From a virus (Duplodnaviria > Caudoviricetes), in the IMG/VR virus record IMGVR_UViG_3300005805_000282, positions 1 to 32,332 of that record: DNA of 32,332 bases. The stretch is one strand, 5' to 3'. Each line of letters starts with the position of its first letter. The stretch's first letter is position 1. The notes under the pieces are model-generated. The model saw nothing but the letters and a program-made list of their open reading frames with translations. It searched no databases and was not told the origin of the DNA. The position numbers and the translations under genes were made by a program. Positions 1-8,388 of the stretch are shown piece by piece.

Positions 1-2
1 GT

Positions 3-113
3 ATGTAACAAAACCTACTTTCTTCTATAATACTCAACTCAACAAAAAATGTCGAACGTAAAAGAACAAATCAAATCCGTATTCGCGAAGTACGGTATTG
101 ATCCATCGACAGT
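3..113. repeat. Terminal direct repeat, left copy (circular overlap)
   Basis: Aligns to 32222-32332 at offset 32219. Identical over 40-113, with 5 mismatches in 3-39. Confidence 0.97.
4..31 (+). promoter_or_regulatory. Putative late promoter TGTAAC-N16-TATAAT
   Basis: Lies upstream of the scaffold/capsid operon. The motif recurs at 20470-20498. The genome encodes a sigma factor. Confidence 0.55.
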
Positions 114-648
114 AGGTATCAAGTTCGAAGAGGAAGCTGCTGCACCAGTTGCAGAAATAAAGCTTGCAGTCGAAGGTACTCTATCGGATGGAACAAAAAT
201 CTACTCAACAGCTGATGAGTGGGTAGTAGGTGTGGACATCTACACAATGGACGCTGAAGGCAACCCGGTTCCTGTACCTGCAGGTGAATACCTTCTTGAG
301 GATGGTGTCACTAAAGTAGTAGTAGGTGAGGATGGTCTTATTGCTGAAATCGAAAGAGAAGAGCAATCAACTGAAATGAGCAGCGAAGATCTAGTAGCTG
401 TTATCGGTCAGTTGAGTGAGCGCATTGCAGCACTTGAGACTGAGAAGACTGAGCTTGCTGCTGCGGTTGAATCTGCTAAGAAAGATGCAGATGCTGTTAA
501 GGCTGAACTTGCTTCAGTTAAGAAAGCACCTGCTGTACCATCAGTTAAATCACAGGAATTTAAAAAGAACGCTGCACCTGTAGTTGCTTCGAATGGCTCA
601 TCATTCAGTGACTTCATGGCTGAGTTGCGTGCAAAACAAAGTAAATAA
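49..648 (+). CDS. Capsid scaffolding protein (putative)
   Basis: Acidic 199 aa protein with a coiled coil. On the circle it sits downstream of the protease gene and directly before the capsid gene. Confidence 0.7.
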   Translation: MSNVKEQIKSVFAKYGIDPSTVGIKFEEEAAAPVAEIKLAVEGTLSDGTKIYSTADEWVVGVDIYTMDAEGNPVPVPAGEYLLEDGVTKVVVGEDGLIAEIEREEQSTEMSSEDLVAVIGQLSERIAALETEKTELAAAVESAKKDADAVKAELASVKKAPAVPSVKSQEFKKNAAPVVASNGSSFSDFMAELRAKQSK

Positions 649-675
649 TTCACCTCATAAAAAAGTAAATAAGTT

Positions 676-1563
676 ATGCCAACAACAACTTCACTCACCA
701 CCACCTATGCAGGTGAATTAGCTGGTGAAATCTGCGCGAAAGCGTTAATGAGCAATGTATCTACTCAGTACGTTACATTCAAACCTAATGTTCCTTACAA
801 GTCAGTAGTTCGTAAAATCGACGATACTGTATCATTTGCTGCAGGTACTTGTGACTTTACCCCAACAGGTACTATCACTTTGACTGAGCGTATCTTGACT
901 TTGGAAGAGTTCCAAGTACAGCGTCAAATCTGTAAGAAAGACTTCTTCACTGATTGGTCAACTGCTGATGTTATGAGCGGTCGTGTAAGCACACAAATCC
1001 AAGATGCTATCGTTGAGCGTTTGGTAAGTGGTATCGCTGCTAACAATGAAAAAATCATGTGGTCAGGTGTTAATGCAACAGCTGGTCAGTACGATGGATT
1101 TGAAACTTTGATTGCTGCTTCTGCTGCCACTTCAGTTGGTTCAGGTACTTTGGATGATACTACTATCATCGGTGCTATTTGGGATTTGATTGATGGCCAA
1201 TCTACCGGTGTTAAAGGTGCTGCTGAAAAGCCAACTATCTACATGGGCCAAGTTGCATGGGAAGCTTACATGAAAGCTCAAATTGCTGATGGTAACGGAT
1301 GGTATCAAACTGCAGGCCCAGAAGTACAGAAGCGTTTCGTCGGTATGTACGAAATCGCAGTATGTCCAGGTATGAGTGACAACTTCTTGATTTTCTCACA
1401 GAAGTCAAACTTGATGCTTGGTACTTGGCAGGAAAACCAAATGAACGAAGTGTTCATTTTGGATATGCAGAATCTCGATGGTTCACAGAACGTACGTTAC
1501 GGTGCACGTTTCTACCTCGGAGCGCAGATCTGCGTTGCTGAAGACATCGTGTATTGGGGATAA
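676..1563 (+). CDS. Major capsid protein
   Basis: 295 aa following the scaffold. Motifs TTYAGE, 'CDFTPTGTITLTERIL' and 'DMQNLDGSQNVR' are typical of Bacteroidota phage capsids. Strongly biased codon use, followed by a hairpin. Confidence 0.85.
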   Translation: MPTTTSLTTTYAGELAGEICAKALMSNVSTQYVTFKPNVPYKSVVRKIDDTVSFAAGTCDFTPTGTITLTERILTLEEFQVQRQICKKDFFTDWSTADVMSGRVSTQIQDAIVERLVSGIAANNEKIMWSGVNATAGQYDGFETLIAASAATSVGSGTLDDTTIIGAIWDLIDGQSTGVKGAAEKPTIYMGQVAWEAYMKAQIADGNGWYQTAGPEVQKRFVGMYEIAVCPGMSDNFLIFSQKSNLMLGTWQENQMNEVFILDMQNLDGSQNVRYGARFYLGAQICVAEDIVYWG

Positions 1564-1576
1564 TCTTTAATTAAAC

Positions 1577-1598
1577 AAGGGGGTGTAAAAGCCCCCTT
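1577..1598 (+). terminator. Hairpin/weak intrinsic terminator after capsid gene
   Basis: AAGGGGG-tgtaaaag-CCCCCTT. Confidence 0.65.
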
Positions 1599-1615
1599 AT
1601 AAAACTATATAAAAT

Positions 1616-2158
1616 ATGGCTTGTGAATTAACTCAAGGCTTTACACTCGGTTGCTTAGAAGGCATCGGTGGTGTTAAAGAAATTTTGATTGCTAACTACG
1701 ATGACTTCACATCCGGTATCACTTACGGTGGCCCTGATGGTGAGGTTGATGGATTGCCAACTGCAACCATCTATCGTTACGTTCCATTCCGCAACAGCGG
1801 CTCTTACGTTGAGACTGTACAAAAGAATCTTGAAACAGGTACTTTGTTTTTCTCTCAGGAAGTTCAATGGACTTTCGGTAAGTTGAATCAGGAAATGCGT
1901 AACGAGTTCTTGAATGTTGCTAAAGCAAAGATGATTGTATTCGTACGCACGAATGATGACCAAATCTTGTTGCTCGGTGCAGGTGAAGGTGCGCAGTTGA
2001 CTGCAGGTACTGTTCAATCAGGTGCGCAGAAAGCGGACTTGATGGGTTACCAAGTTACAGCTATTGCTGAAGAACTCACTCCAGCTGTACACCTTGAGCC
2101 ATTTACAGCAGTACCTTTCGACAACTTCGCAGGTATTACTGTAAGCCCCGCTTACTAA
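1616..2158 (+). CDS. Major tail tube protein (putative)
   Basis: N-terminus 'MACELTQG..LGC..GIGGVKEI', 'ETGTLFFSQ' and 'TGTVQSG-like..DLMGY' pattern; beta-rich, 180 aa. Confidence 0.7.
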   Translation: MACELTQGFTLGCLEGIGGVKEILIANYDDFTSGITYGGPDGEVDGLPTATIYRYVPFRNSGSYVETVQKNLETGTLFFSQEVQWTFGKLNQEMRNEFLNVAKAKMIVFVRTNDDQILLLGAGEGAQLTAGTVQSGAQKADLMGYQVTAIAEELTPAVHLEPFTAVPFDNFAGITVSPAY

Positions 2159-2196
2159 GGGTTTTGGTTTCTAATTGTGTTCTGTTATTGATTGTG

Positions 2197-2228
2197 AAAG
2201 GGGCAGGTTATTCGTAACTTGCCCTTTT
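2197..2228 (+). terminator. Intrinsic terminator with UUCG loop
   Basis: AAAGGGGCAGGTTA-TTCG-TAACTTGCCCTTTT. Confidence 0.85.
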
Positions 2229-2241
2229 AATTTAAGCAAGC

Positions 2242-2631
2242 ATGATATATTTAAACACCAATACGTCAAACCAACAAGTGTTTTTATCACTTGATGAGGC
2301 AAGACAGTATTTTTCTACTGCATATACTGACTACTTGCTAGTGCTTACTCACGAAGAGAACAGCACAACAGGTACATACTTAGCACAAGTGCCTACGATT
2401 GTTAGCGAATCGGTGCGCATTACGCAGTTACTCGTAACTACTATTACACTAACTTTGCCGGGCAGGTATCGTTACGAAGTGTATGGACAAAATTCAAACA
2501 GCAATACAGATCCAGATGATGCATCCGTAGTAGGATTGCTTGAGCGTGGATATGCTGTACTAAAATCAAATGACCAATGGTATGATGTGCCTACTGATAT
2601 TATACCTAATGACATAATCTATGGAGCATAA
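2242..2631 (+). CDS. Virion structural protein, unknown function
   Basis: 129 aa in the structural operon; 'GRYRYEVYGQ..SNTDP..VVGLLERG'; overlaps the portal start. Confidence 0.6.
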   Translation: MIYLNTNTSNQQVFLSLDEARQYFSTAYTDYLLVLTHEENSTTGTYLAQVPTIVSESVRITQLLVTTITLTLPGRYRYEVYGQNSNSNTDPDDASVVGLLERGYAVLKSNDQWYDVPTDIIPNDIIYGA

Positions 2632-4561
2632 AGAATCAAATATCGTATCGCTAAAGCTTTCGGAATACGTAGCAAAGAGCGATGCTGAAAAAGTAGATAG
2701 AAAAGGTTGGGTTAACTATGGCGAGGAGAATGATTTCCCCGAATACTTGCGCGACCTATCGCACGAATCACCTGTACATGGTAGCTTAGTGGTAGCAATC
2801 GGTGATATGATTGCAGGTAAGGGTATCCAGTCGGAGCAATATCAAGCTGAATTAGATGCACTCAAAATTGATGAGTTAACCTATGCGTGTGCGCATGACT
2901 TGAAGTTGTTTGGTGGTTTCTTCATCGAAGTGATTTGGAGCAATGATAGAACGGTTATATCAAAGCTGAATGCTTTGCCATTTGAAGAGTGCCGTATAGC
3001 TATCAATCAAGAAGATGAAAGTGAGATAGGTGTTTATCACAGCTACGATTGGTCAAACATTCGCAAGAAAAAGAACACACCTGAATTCATACCCAAATAC
3101 AATTACTTATCACGCGAACAAGAGCCGCGACAAATATATTGGTGCTTCACTTACACAGGCAGCGATGTGTATCCGCGCCCTGATTACTGGAGTGCTATCA
3201 ACTATATTGAGCTAGACAAGCAGATATCGATATTCCATATCAACCAAATAAGCAACGGCCTATTCCCTTCTACCATTATCAACTTCTACAATGGTCAGGC
3301 AACACCTGAGCAGAAGCAGCAGATGATGATGGACTGGGAGAATAAGATGAGTGGTGCTCGGAATGCGGGTAAGGTTGTGATGTTTTTTAACGAGCGCGAT
3401 CAACCTAAAACTGAAATCACTCCCTTCCCGGTTAATGATGCAGACAAGCAGTATCAGTTAATGAATGATACAGCGCAGCAGAAGATAATCACTGCGCATC
3501 GTGTAACTACTCCATTGCTATTTGGTATTCGCGAAACATCAGGCTTTGGTAGCAACAAAGATGAGATGGCAACAGGTCTTGAGATATTCAATAAGCAAGT
3601 GATTGAGCCATATCAACAAAAGATTAATCAAAGTATTACCGAGCTGTTGAGCAATCAAATGCCGGGTGTTAGCTTTGAGATTGTACCAAATACTCCACTT
3701 GTAGCAGAACAAACATCTGTAGTAACCGATGCGAATGCAACAGGCACTACTACGGATGTTGCTGCTACGGCATTGAATGGTGCGCAGATTGCTTCGCTTG
3801 TTGACATCGTAATGCAAAGTGCTGCAGGTGCATTGCCTGTATCTAGTGCACAGGCGATTGTTGGTGCAGCATTCCCAACATTACCTGCAGATGTGGTTAG
3901 TGCAATATTTGCACAAGTAGTACCTGGTAGCTTACAGCCAACTGAAGTGATTCAATCAAGTGTTGAGTTAAAAAAAAAAGTAGAGGATAGTGAAGTGGCT
4001 AGTGCATTAATTGCACTAGGTGAAGATGCTACCGAAGATTGGTTATTGATTGATGCCTATAACGCAGATGAAGAGATTGAGCACGAGTTTGCAGTGCGTA
4101 CAGGTGCAGCAAGACCAGCGGCAAAGAGTGAGCAAGATGCTATTATTGATGGCAAATATTTTATTACTCGTTACGTTTATGCAGGTGACTTTAGGCACGA
4201 TAATATGCGTCCATTCTGTAAGAAGATGCTTGAAGCGGGTAAGCTTTATCGGAAAGAAGATATAGTGGCAATGGAGAATGTCGCTGTTAACCCTGGATGG
4301 GGACCTGAAGGTGCAGATACTTATGATGTATGGAGCTACAAAGGCGGTGGTAACTGCCAACACTTTTGGGAGAAGCGTGTGTATGTAGATGCAAATGGTG
4401 CTAAGATTAACCCGAATGACCCTGATGCACGAAGAATTGCTGTGGCAATGGCTGAACGTATGGGATATAAGGTGCGCAACAATTCATTAGTGGCAAAGCT
4501 TCCAACTGATATGCCTTATAATGGCTTTCTTCCAACTAACCCTATTTACGGAAATCAATAA
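2621..4561 (+). CDS. Portal protein with C-terminal Cys/His (MuF-like) extension
   Basis: Portal-type motifs 'WVNYGEEND', 'SPVHG', 'YPRPDY', 'GARNAGK' and 'IITAHRVTTPLLFGI'. The C-terminus has 'RPFCKKM...YKGGGNCQHFW'. Confidence 0.85.
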   Translation: MEHKESNIVSLKLSEYVAKSDAEKVDRKGWVNYGEENDFPEYLRDLSHESPVHGSLVVAIGDMIAGKGIQSEQYQAELDALKIDELTYACAHDLKLFGGFFIEVIWSNDRTVISKLNALPFEECRIAINQEDESEIGVYHSYDWSNIRKKKNTPEFIPKYNYLSREQEPRQIYWCFTYTGSDVYPRPDYWSAINYIELDKQISIFHINQISNGLFPSTIINFYNGQATPEQKQQMMMDWENKMSGARNAGKVVMFFNERDQPKTEITPFPVNDADKQYQLMNDTAQQKIITAHRVTTPLLFGIRETSGFGSNKDEMATGLEIFNKQVIEPYQQKINQSITELLSNQMPGVSFEIVPNTPLVAEQTSVVTDANATGTTTDVAATALNGAQIASLVDIVMQSAAGALPVSSAQAIVGAAFPTLPADVVSAIFAQVVPGSLQPTEVIQSSVELKKKVEDSEVASALIALGEDATEDWLLIDAYNADEEIEHEFAVRTGAARPAAKSEQDAIIDGKYFITRYVYAGDFRHDNMRPFCKKMLEAGKLYRKEDIVAMENVAVNPGWGPEGADTYDVWSYKGGGNCQHFWEKRVYVDANGAKINPNDPDARRIAVAMAERMGYKVRNNSLVAKLPTDMPYNGFLPTNPIYGNQ

Positions 4562-4569
4562 TTACAACT

Positions 4570-5139
4570 ATGGCTGAAGTACTTTTCATATCCGAAACAT
4601 ACATTAAAAAATACAGCACGATTAACGGTAGTGTTGATCCAAATCTGCTCTACCCATCTATCTACTTAGCGCAGGACAAGTGGTTAACTCCATTCTTGGG
4701 CACTGATTTGATGAACAAGCTTAAGACTGATATCGCTGCAAACACAGTTAGTGGTGATTACTTGATACTGCTTGAAGATTACGTGCAAAAGATGCTGCTC
4801 TGGTGGGTGCTTGTAGATGTTACTCCGAACCTTTGCTACCGAATGGACAACGGAACGCTAGTGCAACGTCAAAGCGAAGACACTGTGCCTATCTCCGATG
4901 CAGTGATGAAGGACATGATTGACCGGGCAAGGCAAAATGCAGAGCATTACACTACTCGGTTAGTGGATTATCTCTGCCATAACTCGTCTCTCTTTCCCGA
5001 ATACAGCAGCAACAGTTGGCCTGACGTATCTCCGCGCACTGATGTCACTAACACCTTGAATTATCAATTCTCTTCGGGCAATACCAGCACAAGTTATCGC
5101 CCTACCTATTCACGCAACATCATTAATCGCATACCATGA
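4570..5139 (+). CDS. Head-tail adaptor/connector (putative)
   Basis: Follows the portal; 'INGSVDP..AQD..LGTDL..YLCHNSSLFPEY'; helical, 189 aa. Confidence 0.6.
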   Translation: MAEVLFISETYIKKYSTINGSVDPNLLYPSIYLAQDKWLTPFLGTDLMNKLKTDIAANTVSGDYLILLEDYVQKMLLWWVLVDVTPNLCYRMDNGTLVQRQSEDTVPISDAVMKDMIDRARQNAEHYTTRLVDYLCHNSSLFPEYSSNSWPDVSPRTDVTNTLNYQFSSGNTSTSYRPTYSRNIINRIP

Positions 5140-5258
5140 TAGCTGAAAAGAAGACGTTAAGACAAGAGTACACAGAGCGTTTACGTAAATACGAGCGTGA
5201 ACTACAATTAAAATTACGCAATGGCAACAAAGAAGAAAGAAATCGTGACAAAAAGTAA
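5136..5258 (+). CDS. Small basic protein, 40 aa (MIAEKKTLRQEY...), not in ORF track
   Basis: ATGA overlap with the upstream stop; fills the gap to the next gene. Confidence 0.55.
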   Translation: MIAEKKTLRQEYTERLRKYERELQLKLRNGNKEERNRDKK

Positions 5259-5631
5259 CGTGCTTAAGAAAGCATTGTACTATGCTAAGTTATTCGATGG
5301 CATTTGGAGCGCACCATTAGCATTCCTGCTGTTTGCAGTATCAGGCTTCATTAGCTTTCACTATTTCGGTGATGCACTCATTAGCACCGAATACGTGCAA
5401 TACATCGCATTAGCCGCACTCATTATGGTGTGTGGTAATCTTGTTACGTTCTTAGGCATTCGCTTCAATTTTAGTGCCCTGCAAAAGGCCGTATATGATA
5501 AGGAGATTAAATACGAATTAAACACCTATCTAACCACATGGCAAAAGGTTGTCTTGTACCTGCTCTTATATGCATTCTACTTTGCTGCGTTTCTTTTTGT
5601 TCTGTACCTGCTAATGACGGTTACTGCGTAA
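5221..5631 (+). CDS. Holin-like membrane protein
   Basis: Three hydrophobic segments and a basic N-terminus; adjacent to the endolysin. Confidence 0.55.
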   Translation: MATKKKEIVTKSNVLKKALYYAKLFDGIWSAPLAFLLFAVSGFISFHYFGDALISTEYVQYIALAALIMVCGNLVTFLGIRFNFSALQKAVYDKEIKYELNTYLTTWQKVVLYLLLYAFYFAAFLFVLYLLMTVTA

Positions 5632-6116
5632 GGCAAACAGCGCAAAGCTATGTGGGTGTGCATGAAGTAGGCGGTAACAATAATGGCTTTAGTGATAAGC
5701 CTATGCAGCAAGCAATGGCTGCGCAGGGTTGGTTGCCCGGTTATGCGTGGTGTTCTTTCTTTGTTATGGCTGTACTTGACAAGTGCAATGTGCCTAACAC
5801 CATCACAGGTTGGTCACCTACTGCGTACAACAAAAAAGATGTGATCTATACCGATGGCAAAATGCAGCAAACGCATAGTGCAAGTGATGTGCTAGTAATG
5901 ACTTTAAGCTACAATCAATTCAAAGGTAGCAATAGGTACAAAGGCATTGGTCATACTGGCATAGTTGACAAGGTGAATGAACATAGTGTGCGATGCATTG
6001 AAGGCAATACTAATGCAGGTGGTACACGCGATTCGCGAACAGGCGATGCAGTATGTGTAAAGATTAGACCATTGACTAAAAACATACACATTACACGATG
6101 GAAAAAAAGCAACTGA
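5538..6116 (+). CDS. CHAP-family endolysin with N-terminal signal-like segment
   Basis: CHAP motifs AWCSFFV, GHTGIV and IEGNT. Confidence 0.8.
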   Translation: MAKGCLVPALICILLCCVSFCSVPANDGYCVRQTAQSYVGVHEVGGNNNGFSDKPMQQAMAAQGWLPGYAWCSFFVMAVLDKCNVPNTITGWSPTAYNKKDVIYTDGKMQQTHSASDVLVMTLSYNQFKGSNRYKGIGHTGIVDKVNEHSVRCIEGNTNAGGTRDSRTGDAVCVKIRPLTKNIHITRWKKSN

Positions 6117-6514
6117 CAAGGATTACTTACTTGTTCGCGATAATAGCCATAGTGCTAGTGTGCAGCATTACAGGCATTAATAGTTGCAATGAAAAAAGCA
6201 ACCCGGCTGTTGATAGACTTGAAACAATTAACGATTCTCTCTACTATATCATAGATGACAACAATCATAAAGTAGAATTGCTCTACGCTAAGATTGATTC
6301 ATTGAATGCTGTACGTGATACGATTATAGAAAAGCAATCGGTAACAACTAAGATTTACAAGAATGAAGTTTACAATATCGTATATAGTTCTGCTGCTGTT
6401 GCCGATAGTCTCTATCGCTCAACACTCAACAGCTCCGATAGCCTATACAAGCAAGGATTCTACGGCATTACTTACGACTTACGATCTCAAGCTTTCAAGT
6501 CTCAATTACCATAG
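6098..6514 (+). CDS. Spanin-like protein 1
   Basis: N-terminal TM or lipobox-like segment plus coiled coil; follows the endolysin. Confidence 0.5.
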   Translation: MEKKQLTRITYLFAIIAIVLVCSITGINSCNEKSNPAVDRLETINDSLYYIIDDNNHKVELLYAKIDSLNAVRDTIIEKQSVTTKIYKNEVYNIVYSSAAVADSLYRSTLNSSDSLYKQGFYGITYDLRSQAFKSQLP

Positions 6515-6809
6515 TATGCTTTATTGGTATAACACATCTAAGCAGATTGATTCGCTGTACCAAATGGAGAAGCAGAAGACTCACTTCTATTCTAAGATAA
6601 CAGGCATTCAAGCTAACAACTATGAGACGCTTCAGCAAATTTATAAGAACAAAAGCGCAATCGAGGAAGCAATAGCGAATGAGAAAGATGGTCAAATAAG
6701 CGACCTTAAAAAGCGCAATAGACGTTTGGTCTTACTGAATACTTTAACAACTATAACTACAGTTGCCGTTGCTACTTATACGGTGTACTGGACTTTAATC
6801 GTACCGTAA
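6363..6809 (+). CDS. Spanin-like protein 2
   Basis: Signal peptide (..SIA/Q), coiled coil and hydrophobic C-terminus; 152-nt overlap with the previous gene. Confidence 0.5.
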   Translation: MKFTISYIVLLLLPIVSIAQHSTAPIAYTSKDSTALLTTYDLKLSSLNYHSMLYWYNTSKQIDSLYQMEKQKTHFYSKITGIQANNYETLQQIYKNKSAIEEAIANEKDGQISDLKKRNRRLVLLNTLTTITTVAVATYTVYWTLIVP

Positions 6810-6813
6810 TAAA

Positions 6814-7050
6814 ATGCACTTCAACTTTGATCCAACAGACATCGACCTATCAAGACCAGGTGAAGCTTTCCTAAAATCAAGCGGTTACCTTATGATGGGT
6901 ACTATGTTTGAAGGCATAGATATCAACACCATGCATATACCACCTGTATTCATAGAGTTCGCAAAGTTGTGCGCATACTTAGGTGCAGGTGTGGCTTTCT
7001 TCAAATTTATTATTAAGCTATTCAAGAAACCAGATGTGGTTGAAAAATGA
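6814..7050 (+). CDS. Small membrane protein (holin/antiholin candidate)
   Basis: Hydrophobic segment followed by a basic tail. Confidence 0.45.
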   Translation: MHFNFDPTDIDLSRPGEAFLKSSGYLMMGTMFEGIDINTMHIPPVFIEFAKLCAYLGAGVAFFKFIIKLFKKPDVVEK

Positions 7051-7283
7051 TTCTTTTGCTATTGCTACCAATAGGCTTAATCATTTACTTAGTATATGAG
7101 TACTATGTAGTAAAGCGCACGCTTGATGAAAGTGCGAAGCGCATTGATGATAGTATTAGGAGAATGATAGATGGGGTAAAAACATTTTTTACAGTTAGCA
7201 TCATTGACAAGTTAGCGGCAAGTGATGAGTCGGATAGCGATGATGATGACACAGAAACCGACTCCGATGAATCCTTATTCTAA
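7047..7283 (+). CDS. Membrane-anchored protein with acidic tail
   Basis: N-terminal TM and D/E/S-rich C-terminus; ATGA overlap. Confidence 0.55.
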   Translation: MILLLLLPIGLIIYLVYEYYVVKRTLDESAKRIDDSIRRMIDGVKTFFTVSIIDKLAASDESDSDDDDTETDSDESLF

Positions 7284-8313
7284 AGACAATGCAGCAGTGT
7301 ATGAGTTCATACGTGCGTACAATGGCTCAATCAATCAAGCTGTAGCAGCAGCTATTGCGCATTTTAACCTGCCACATAAAGAGCACAGCCTTCGTCGGAT
7401 GTATTTGCGATGGAAGCAAATCAATCGAATAGAGCGCACAACTATCGTAAAGAATCACAATGGTGCATTACACAAATTAGACGACAAAATTGAAGGCTTT
7501 AATACGCTTATAGACGAGCTATTGCCACAGCATTCGAACCCACTTGACCTGCCGCCTTCACAGGAGAGCGATTACAAGCCATTCAAGCTACCGATTAATC
7601 ATAACAATATCCTTTTGCTGTCGGATATTCACGTACCATTCCACAATATCCAGGCATTAACGCTGGCTCTTAAGTATGGAATGGAGAATGATGTGAATAC
7701 CATACTGCTGAATGGCGATATCATAGACTTCTATGCTATTAGTCGCTTTGAGAAAGACCCTCGTAAACGTAACTTCGGGCATGAGGTCTTAATGACTAGG
7801 CAGTTCTTGACCACATTACGCAAGCTATTCCCGAATGCTGCGATATATTACAAGTGTGGAAATCACGATGTGCGTTATGACCATTACATCATGCGCAATG
7901 CACCTGATTTATTAGGTATGGATGAGTTCAGCTTTGAGAGTTTGATGCACTTGGATAAGCTCAACATCACGTTCATTCCGGATAAGCAAGTAATCCATGC
8001 AGGTAACTTGACAATCTTGCATGGGCACGAACTAGGTGCATCGGTATTCAGCCCGGTCAACATCGCTCGTGGTTTGTTCCTGCGTGCAAAAGCCAATGCG
8101 CTGTGCGGTCATCACCATCAAGCAAGTGAACATACAGAGCCTAACATCAATGGTAAGATTACTACTTGTTGGAGTGTGGCTTGTCTGTGCGAACTGCATC
8201 CTGATTACCTACCAATAAACAAACACCATCATGGATTTGCTCACGTACGTGTGATGGACTCAGGTGATTTTGAGGTAAGCAATTACCGAATAGTCAACGG
8301 CAAGATACGTTAA
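7267..8313 (+). CDS. Calcineurin-like metallophosphoesterase (start uncertain; ORF open from 7222)
   Basis: DIH, GDIID, GNHD, HGHE and GHHH motifs. Confidence 0.88.
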   Translation: MNPYSKDNAAVYEFIRAYNGSINQAVAAAIAHFNLPHKEHSLRRMYLRWKQINRIERTTIVKNHNGALHKLDDKIEGFNTLIDELLPQHSNPLDLPPSQESDYKPFKLPINHNNILLLSDIHVPFHNIQALTLALKYGMENDVNTILLNGDIIDFYAISRFEKDPRKRNFGHEVLMTRQFLTTLRKLFPNAAIYYKCGNHDVRYDHYIMRNAPDLLGMDEFSFESLMHLDKLNITFIPDKQVIHAGNLTILHGHELGASVFSPVNIARGLFLRAKANALCGHHHQASEHTEPNINGKITTCWSVACLCELHPDYLPINKHHHGFAHVRVMDSGDFEVSNYRIVNGKIR

Positions 8314-8340
8314 ACAAAAAGCCCCCACGTTTGGAGGCTC
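8312..8340 (-). terminator. Intrinsic terminator on - strand
   Basis: GAGCCTCC-AAACGT-GGGGGCTT-TTTGTTT. Confidence 0.8.
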
Positions 8341-8372
8341 CTTGCAATAACATATCACACAAAATGAATAGA
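8312..8372 (-). ncRNA. Candidate ~60-nt G/U-rich sRNA
   Basis: TATATTTG promoter element at 8377-8384 (-), then a G/U-rich tract, then a GC hairpin with U-tail. No ORF on this strand. Confidence 0.45.
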
Positions 8373-8388
8373 GCTGCAAATATAACTC

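Noticed and set aside
408-704. Antisense and alternate-frame ORFs in the track (e.g. 408-704, 1655-2017, 4043-4363, 29300-29839)
   Set aside because: They are shadows of well-supported genes on the other strand or frame and have no motifs.
8327-8332. Shared AAACGT loop in the terminators at 8.3 kb and 32.0 kb
   Set aside because: Only a hexamer in two hairpins; too little to claim a function.
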